64,000 nt of DNA from Octopus sinensis (lineage: Eukaryota). The notes beneath the pieces are model-generated. The model was not told the DNA's origin, searched no databases, and saw only the letters and a list, made by a program, of their open reading frames with translations. The stretch covers positions 30,318,001-30,382,000 of the forward strand of contig NC_043013.1 in the NCBI RefSeq assembly GCF_006345805.1, written 5' to 3'. This document shows positions 55,270 through 64,000 of the stretch, piece after piece. How positions within the stretch are numbered: position 1 is the stretch's first letter; every line of letters begins with the position of its first letter. A program made the translations under genes and the position numbers.

Positions 55270-56800
55270 CAGAACATGTTATGCAGAGTAGGTCAGAAGA
55301 GACTCTACAAAGAAATAGATGGAGAGTGTACAGATGAAAAGTTGATACCAGATAACATTGAAAGTCAAAAGTTTTGGAGTGACGTGTGGAGCAAAGACAA
55401 GGAGTACAAGAATGATGCTGATGGCGGTGAGACGAGGAAATCTTTTCAGAACAGAAGACTAATGGTTGACAAGTGGTGAAATAATGGAGGCAATTCCACT
55501 TCAGTCCAGCTATAAATATCTGGGAATATTTGAAGCAGATGGAATCAAACAGAATAACTTAAAGGAAAATACAGAAAGAGAGTATCTGGGGTGCGTGAGA
55601 AAAATATTGACATCAAAGCTAAATGCCAGAAACATAATCTTGGCAATAATCTCCGGCGCAGTCGCAGTAGATCGGTATGGCGCTGGAATCCTGAAGTGGA
55701 GAGAGAAGGAACTAAAGGAGATGGACAGGAACTCAAGAAAGCTTCTAAAGATGCATGGTGCCCATCATCCACGTGCAGACACTGATCGCCTATACATGAA
55801 GAAAGCAAATGGAGAAAGAGGACTGATAAATGCGGAAGACTGCGTGCGTATCGAACTCAAGAGCTTAATGAGATATCTAGCCCAAAATAAGGAAACCTTG
55901 TTAGTGACAGTTAGGAACGAGAGAGTGTTCCGAGCAGAGAAAAAAGGAAAACAAAGGAACAAGCACAAAAAGGGCATGAAGAAGAATAACGCAAGAAGAA
56001 ACTACATAATTCTATGTAGGCACGACAAAAGTTGGTGGGAAAATAGGTGGGATTGGCTGATGAAAAGAACACAAAAAAAGAGACCGTGGGCACAATACGG
56101 GCAGCGCATGACGAAGCTTTGGCCACGAATTGGAGGGTAAACCTTAGGAACGAGCAAATGTTTCCGCTGTGCCGCATCTGCAATAGAGTGGATGAAGACA
56201 TTTCCCATATCACGAACGAATGCCCTAGACTTGGCCAAAACTACTGCAAATTGCGGCGACACGATCAGGTAGCGAAAGTGCTACATTGGAAACTGCGAAT
56301 AGTGGGACCTAGAGAGAGGCAAGACTTGGAATGAGCACAAATCATAGAGAGTGGCGGAGTCGGAGACAAGTAAATTCCTTTGGGATTTCCTAATCCAAAC
56401 AGATCAGGTGCTAGAGCATAACAAACCGAACCTAGTTTTGGTAGACAAGATGCACTACTTATGTTATATAGTTGATGTTGCATGCCCCATTGATCCACGA
56501 ATAGTCAAGTAGGTATGTGAAAGATAGATGAACACAACCGTCTTAAGTACAAAATAGCCAGGCTATGGGAAATGAAGAATTTATGGTGCGTCCTTGTCAT
56601 CAATGGGAATATAAAGAAAATTGGAATAGAGTGCCCAGTAGAGCTGTTACAAAAGTTTTCCCCCCTTGGCAATGCCAGAATAAGCAGGAAAGTATGAGAC
56701 AGCTGAAAAGAATGGATAGCATGGTACCGTAGGCTGCAGGTAGCAAGTCCGTTACGCATGTAAGGCCCCAGAAGCTCCAACAAAACCAGTGACAAAGAGA
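55270..56800 (+). mobile_element. R4/Dong-type non-LTR retrotransposon 3' part (RT C-terminus, CCHC knuckle, restriction-like endonuclease) ending at (ATA)n
   Basis: YKYLGIFEADGI...MHGAHHPRADTDRLY; CRICNRVDEDISHITNEC...RRHDQVAKVLHWKL; LWDFLIQTDQVLEHNKPNLVLVDK...IVDVACP. Confidence 0.9.
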
Positions 56801-56809
56801 AATAATAAT

Positions 56810-57172
56810 AACAAGAGCACTCAGTGAGCGCAAACCTCCGCCAAGGTAACACAAGCGTCTTCTCAATGATTAGGCGTAGATGATTTTTAAAATGAGAGTG
56901 TCTGAAATAAACTCAACCGCTCTCACAAACGAGAATACTAAATATGAACCTGACCACTCTCAAGAATTAAGTAACAAAAAAAGGAAATATAATCCAGAAT
57001 CATTGTCCGGTATCGGATCGACTCCAAAATCTATTTTGTTGGTGCCAGTCACGAAGCCAAACAACTCTGAACGTTTCATCCGAATCCATCCAGCGTTTCT
57101 TTAGATATTTTTCCACGGTCAAACAAAAACGACTGAAAGCAATAACTCGGCCTTTACTAAGGCGGAGGTAAT
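56810..57172 (+). mobile_element. Possible non-autonomous Helentron (HINE-like) element
   Basis: Subterminal inverted motifs CCTCCGCCAAGG (56835-56846) and CCTTTACTAAGGCGGAGG (57151-57168). Confidence 0.4.
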
Positions 57173-57949
57173 AATATACTGAGCATATCAAACTTCAAAT
57201 ACCTGGTAATTCATCAAACTTAAAACCTCCACATTTATTACGACTATTATTCGTATCATATCAACACCATAGTATTAAACCTATTCATTTAATAGTAAAT
57301 ATTCCCTACACACTGTAGTACAAGCTATGCGAATAATCTATTCCAAGTTCTTTGTATCTGGTTAGAAAATATAAGAATGCAAAATAATCTGCTCCAATAA
57401 CTACATTTTCTGATAGAAATTCGGTAACTATACATAAATATACATTTATCATCAAAACCTATTCTCATCCTTATGAAAATTTTCCAAGATGCTCATAGCA
57501 GTTTGCGTGTATGCATTGGTGCATCGTGTTTCACTACATCGAAAGTATTCCCAATGTAATTAATTATCCCCAATCAATAACTTCATTATAGGAAACGTAT
57601 TTATTATCTGTTTTTGTAATACATATTCCTCTTTGTTTTAGTGTTATATCTATTACCTTGTACATCTACAAATCGTATTTTATTCAATTTTGTCTCGTTT
57701 GTAACACGTTTCTTAGTCTTTAGTCAACGCTCAAACGTTTTATCCCATAGATTTTATAAATTTCAAATGCCATAACCACCAGTTCAGACAGCTTTTAATG
57801 TTTATATGATGTGTTACCAAATAGTTATCATTTCACATTTATAAACATTTATAGACCTTTCTTCTGTTTATAAAGCACATTTCTCTCTGATGACAGCGTA
57901 TGTGAACTATGGATTTGTGAAGTATTTTAGCTTCAATTAAACACTATCT

Positions 57950-57998
57950 ATCCGTCTATCTATCCATCCATCCATCCATCCATCTATCTATCTATCTT

Positions 57999-58052
<54 letters not shown>

Positions 58053-58080
58053 CATCTATTTATCTATCTATCTATCTATA
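57950..58080. repeat. (TATC)n/(TCCA)n tetranucleotide microsatellite
   Basis: Directly visible. Confidence 0.95.
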
Positions 58081-59989
58081 GAAACTAACTAATAGTCTAT
58101 TTCTAAAGACGTCAATAACAGTAGATAAATTGTATTTTTAATACGTTTTAACAAGGGAAATAAGTAATAGATCAAGATAATATATGAAGAAAGCCTACCA
58201 AATGGTAATGGTGGAATATATAATAGTTAATGTAAATAATTGCAGTCTGACATTACAAGGTGGTGGTCCATTGATTTATTTCTAGCGAGTAAATCAAAAT
58301 CGTTCCCAGACATTTAATATTTTTGAAATCTGTTCCCATTTGGAAAATATATTTCAACAGAGAACTACTTGGTAAATGATGTTTACAAAATCTACAAATA
58401 AAATCAGTGTTCTTTAGTTGTTATTACTGAAATCCATATAGCCGAAGGATATTTATAAAAATTAAGTATTCCTATTTTCTTTTAAAGGTTATAAGAATTT
58501 TCAGAATATATTGGAAATTTGCATGTATTCTTGCTTACATTTGAAACTATTAAATATGAAGTTGGATCTACAGAGAAATATAATATCACTGGAATAATTA
58601 AATGGAAATAATATTCTATTTGTTTTCTTTATAGCAGCAAGGAAATATAATCCTCGCCATAAAATACTGTTTGTTTATTATGAGTAATTCCAGATGTTCT
58701 CTTTGCCTCAGGTTAAAATTACATGGGCAAAAAGTTTGGATTTATCTAACGTATTAAAGCCCTTTTAGACAATTATTTGTAGCTACATATATGGGCAACA
58801 CACACAAATATGTTTCAATCCAAAATTACACATATATACATACAAGTATAAAAATATGCGCATGTATCTATTTGTTAGTACGTATATATATATATATATA
58901 CATATGTGTGTGTGTGTGAGTGCGTATGTGTGCGTGCGTATGTGTGTATGTGTGTATTATACGTGCTACAAGCAAATATATATTCACTTGGACTACATTA
59001 ACGGTAGTTAGGTTGTGCATTTTAATCAATGAGATTTAACAGGGAAAATATTTTCTAGTTGAAGGTATTGCATAATGAAATCACCCCAAAATATACATTT
59101 GCCACGTATAAGAGCAAATCCATATAAAATCGTATAAATTTTCTATTTTCTCCACAAATCCACTGACGGACACGTTTGAAGTATATGTAAACAGATGCAG
59201 ATTACAGCCTGTTTTATTGGCTACGTAGTAAAACACAAGCAGAGTGCAATTATAAGTCAGAAACAGGAATGAAAAAAAAATCAGTTTACAAAGGTATATA
59301 TTTAATACTACTGTAAATTATATTTACGTTAGTCTCGATTTCAATCAAACCTTTCAATACTGTGAATTATTTAACACTGTGTTATTGTTTTTAAAAATCA
59401 AATCAAATAAAGTTAGATGTCACTCAATATGATAATGTTTATCCTACCTCTCAGTATAATATTATATTAAACTTACCACGCTAACTGATTACTATAACTT
59501 TTGAGTTTCAAACAATTTGTCCAAAATTTGAAACATGGTCTTATATACGTTAGTGCGTTGTTAGCTCGTTTTTTATAGAGCAGACGAACGAAAAAAATGT
59601 GTATTCCGCGCTGCCAAATAGCAAAGGGCTTGCGAAATCCGGGGAGCTATCTCTGTCTCTTCTGTCTGTCTGTCTCTCTTTCTCACGCTTTCTTTCTCTC
59701 CCTGTCAACAGCACGGCGAGAGAGAAAATACCTGAAGGAAATGCACTACGTACTATATACAAATATTGTATTATTTGTAATATGGTGAGACCGCAAAACA
59801 CTTCATTATATTCCTGAAATTTAATGACTGTGTACTTCACTAATACGACATCACCTGACACTCAGTCAATTACAACGAAGTGATTTCTAGTTTATCCGTT
59901 CAACGGAACAGGCTTTTTGTGAAATTAGCCTGGAAGTGGCTGAGTATTCCACTGACACGCGTACTCTTAACGTAGTTCTCAGTGAAATC

Positions 59990-60960
59990 CAGTGTGACAA
60001 AATATGACAAGACTGACCCCTTCAATTACACGTACTACTCATTTACATCATAGTTGAGTAGGCTGGATCAATGTGAAATAAACCGTTTTGTACAAAGATA
60101 CCACGGACCGCCGTCTTTCCTACTTCCATTCTGACCTTTAAAACTGTCTCTCCCACAGTGATATTCTCAACCATTTTTTCTACGTCCTCCTCCACAATTT
60201 GCACCACCATGTTAAGGGTGTGTTCCTTCCAATTTCTGTGAAGTGGGTGTTCTGGTTGCCTATAGGACCACCACCATCTCCATTCCAAGTTATATAGCAG
60301 CCACCAGCTAGGCTATATTCACCTTCGAAGGTATTTGCTCTACCCTACCACTGGAAGCACGATTCCCAAAGTATACGGGTAGTAGAACAACCTCATTCAT
60401 TTTCAGAGGTGTTGCCGAATGCAACCAGGCGGCGGCTACCTTTCCAAACTGCACCTCAAATGTTCCAAATTTTTTACATCTGGCAAGGTACGAAATCCAT
60501 TGCCAAAGTGGTCTGAACGCCTTTTCAAACTGTATCATTTTCATATTTTCGATTTTTCCCGCTGCCACCGAATATTTCCATAAACTATCATTCTTCTTGG
60601 TTTTTTCTTTCAAAACTTCTTTGGGGTGGCGAACACCTTCACTTCATTCCCCTCCCTTCCAAGCATTCCCTTAAACTTGCTTACGTCCTCCAACCTTATT
60701 TATTCGCACGTTTCTCCCGTCGCCACAGCATAGCTTCTTTTTTCTAAAGCCCTGTCTATCTTTTCGAAGCAATCCTCCAGGAAGGGAAGCCTTCAATCCT
60801 CGAAACAGAACAACTCAAGCCTTCACAACTTCTTGTTCGACGTCCCTCTATCACAAGAGGGAAAACGTCCGTTTCGCTCAAAACCACAAACCAAATGAAT
60901 CCTAGGAAGCCGAAATGAAGCTTCTTACCACACAACCACTCCTGCCATGGGATAAACTTT
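59990..60960 (-). mobile_element. Tx1/L1-type LINE 5' region (ORF1 remnant)
   Basis: ORFs 60308-60613 and 60043-60288 resemble the ORF1 remnant at 63705-63986 (LPVYFGNRASSGRVEQIP versus IPVYIGMGTSKIPMPRVL). Confidence 0.5.
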
Positions 60961-62044
60961 TACACTAGCTGCTAACCAAATGTCATTTCATAAGAACTCA
61001 CAATTCTGAGCAGAGCGTAAAATGACCTTGCCCTTAATAGGCAAAAAATAGGTTTTGCTTAGTCAAATTTAATCAATATTTTGATATATTTTGATATAAT
61101 TTATTTCTATGTGATAGTGAAATCGAAATAACTGAATCTGCAAATAAAATGAGAAACATTGTTTTCATTGTTATAATATAATCAATTTCGCATTCTGTTT
61201 AGAGAAAATTTAAATCATGTTTATTCATTTATACAATTTCATTACTTGTTATATTATCAATAAAATGCCGTTAATTCATTAATTCATAAACTATATTTTG
61301 TAGCCACCTGCGATGTGTAATATTAGCTCTTGTTCAGATTTACTTTGAGTGATTAGATATAAAGTGATATATTTGTCTTTGTTTTCCAAAAGTTCTGCAA
61401 AGGTGATTTCAAAATGTTTTATTTTTATATATACGTAAATTTTATCAGAACGATTTTAATTGTGCATATAATTATTTATTAAACTCTCTGATTGTTCTCA
61501 ACACTGATGAATAACGTGATGTTTATCCCATGCTGAGCTCTGATTAAGCGGAATTATTAAAAGAAGACCTCAGCTATCATGTCATTTCACTGGCTACAGA
61601 CGTTTCCTATTTAGAAACTACAAAGGTTTCCTATTCTGAAGCTCATCCGCTCAGACAATCAACTAAAAGGAGTTTGTGGTGTCGTGGTGGATGACTCAGT
61701 TCCAGACATTTTTCGGCAACAACGACAATGATGAAGAACAGTGTTGTTCGCCGTTTGTGAGACAATTATGTGCAGTTCCCAACTTTAAGAGGTAAGAATC
61801 ATAATCGTAGGAAAGCATTTTTTTTAAACGAATGCCCTGTTAGTGTTAATCTGTCCCACCATCGTGGAGGGATTTTCATGGTGAAGTGTTCCGGGCAATT
61901 TTTTCTCATAACTTATATAGAATTATTGGATATATGTTTGATATGCCCCGGAATTCATAAATGCACACAATATCAATAAGACTGATAAACATAACAACAA
62001 CAAAAACCACAACAATAATAACTCACTTTAAAACGGGGGAACAG

Positions 62045-62770
62045 AAGCGATTGTAAAGACATAGAATTGCCAAACGGAGAGACAATGGAAGACCCGAATG
62101 ATAATCGTTACCTTGGAGTGTTGGAGCAAGATAATATCTTGCGCAGAGAAATGAAAGATAAGCTCATCACAGCATATTCCAAGCGCCTCAAACTTCTCTT
62201 GAAAAGCAAACTGAACCCAAGGAATCTTGTGACTGCCATCAACGAATGAGCTGTGGTTGCAGTCCGTTATAGTGCACCTATACTGAAATGGACACAAGCG
62301 TAGCTTAACCAAAATTGATCGCACTATTCGGTAGTTAACAATGCATGGTGTCTTCCACCCTAAGGCGAACGTATACAGGCTGGACATGAAGAGGTGAAAA
62401 GTAGTCGTCGGCTGATTAGCATACGTGAGTGCATCAAAAGTGAAAGAAGAAACATGGCAAAATATTTGGAAAAGAGTAACAAGACCTGCTACAGTATGCT
62501 ACTAATGCAACATTAATTAGCAAAAATGGACTTGGCTGTGCTAATTAGTTCGGATCACGAATAGCCAACGAGAGAGAAGAAACTATACTCTGCATGGAAC
62601 GACATAAGCCTAAGAGACCAGGAAGCATCATAAGAGGTGGCTCAGCAAGGATGACGTAAAAGAGAAGACTGGAAGCCTAAACATCGCTACCCAGAATTAA
62701 CTCGGTGAAAAGCGATATATAGCACAGAAATGCTACAAACCTCTGAAGAGTGCGACGTGGCCAGGAACTT
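62045..62770 (+). mobile_element. Third R4/Dong-type fragment
   Basis: RYLGVLEQDNIL...RLKLLLKSKLNPRNLVTAINE, then MHGVFHPKANVYRL. It starts just after an AAC/AAT-repeat stretch. Confidence 0.8.
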
Positions 62771-62779
62771 GCCCTGGTC

Positions 62780-63532
62780 ACGAAAATATTCACTTTGTGG
62801 GCCCACAACGTTGGGTGCATAAATTGCAACCAGCCAGATTATCTTGTCACAACTGAATGTCAGGTCAAGAACGACCAACATCCTGCCTTCTGGGTCAGAA
62901 AAAACACAACTTTTTCTCGGCTACCCGGTTTCTTTTTAGTAGGCCCAACATCGACCCCCACCTCCCGCCTACTCGGAGAAACATATTTCTCATAGCCTTT
63001 CAGGAGTGGGAGCAGATCTCTTGGCCCATTTACTCGGGCTTCCGTTGTAACAATCACATCCAATTTCCTTGACCTGATGTCATTTAGGAAGCGCCCTTGC
63101 TTCCAGCTAGACATCAGGTCACGAACATTTACACAACCAATGTGAATAGACATTACTTACATATTTAACCGGAGTGTCCTGTGGAGTTAGCAAGTCTTGA
63201 CAAATGGATTGATTAAAATCAATTTCATTATCGACACCGATTTTCTATACGTGTTAATTAATACATTGAGGCTTATCCATTTCGTAGAACGCGTAGTTCT
63301 TATATTTATCAGGAAGTTCTGCAGTCCTAGTGGCTGCTTTTTTCGCTTTTATTTCTCTCATTAAATCTTCATTTTTTTTTCTGTATAACCCGACTAACCC
63401 TCTGTCTTTTGCTTCCTTCTTTACTATTCTTGGTTTGTCTCTTTTCGCATTTTCTTTTTGTCTTATTTCGACCTGTTTTTGTTAATTTGAGCTTTCTATT
63501 TTTCTCTTGTTGTTAGTTGCTTTCTTTTCTTC

Positions 63533-63600
<68 letters not shown>

Positions 63601-64000
63601 CCTCACCATCGGATTCTTCCTCGCCGTCTCTACAGTGTTTTTTATATGGCCCAAGTGGCCACACTGGGAACATCGGGCTTACGCCCCTCGACGAATACGT
63701 TAAGTCATTCCTCCCCAATTTCTATTTTCTCCGGTAACTGTTCTAAAATTGACTGTTCTGTTTGTATTAGGAGGTGAACCGTTTGACCGATCCGATAAGC
63801 CTTTTCTGTGACGGTAGCCTGAAGGAGTGTTATATTATCTTCCATTTTTGTCAGGACTGCTGTCATCAACCTCATAGCGCCGATTTGAGGCAGAACCCTT
63901 GGCATAGGTATCTTTGACGTCCCCATTCCAATATATACCGGAATTAAATCAACGTCCTCCGTTTCTAAAGATTTAATTGAGTGCATTTGTGCAGTTTCTA
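62780..64000 (-). mobile_element. Tx1/L1-type LINE: ORF1 3' part and ORF2 apurinic endonuclease start, running off the window edge
   Basis: IHIGCVNVRDL...LDVIVTTEARV; LVVLDL...LVAIYAPN (APE motifs). The upstream ORF1 remnant ends VFVEGRKP with a decayed zinc knuckle. A (GA)n tract lies between them. Confidence 0.8.

Overview
AT-rich, microsatellite-dense eukaryotic DNA. The SINE families and repeat landscape point to an octopod cephalopod (Octopus-like); this is inferred from recognised repeat types. No host gene can be confidently called, and most ORF-track entries are microsatellite read-throughs. The window holds many tRNA-derived SINEs, decayed Tc1/mariner elements, three R4/Dong-type, one CR1/L2-type and two Tx1/L1-type LINE fragments, a long-TIR MITE with a 6-bp TSD, rolling-circle-type remnants and two Penelope-like elements (PLEs). 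The standout is a ~5.2-kb PLE-derived composite at 24647-29846, inserted in a (TA)n tract. It has perfect ~67-bp terminal inverted repeats and a minus-strand type I hammerhead ribozyme. It also has a ~2-kb G-depleted modular tandem array and a ~0.9-kb hairpin whose arms differ from their paralogs mainly by clustered A/G transitions. Its right part is a spacer-less ~770-bp-arm palindrome encoding a GIY-YIG endonuclease with a CxCx5Cx5C linker on both strands.
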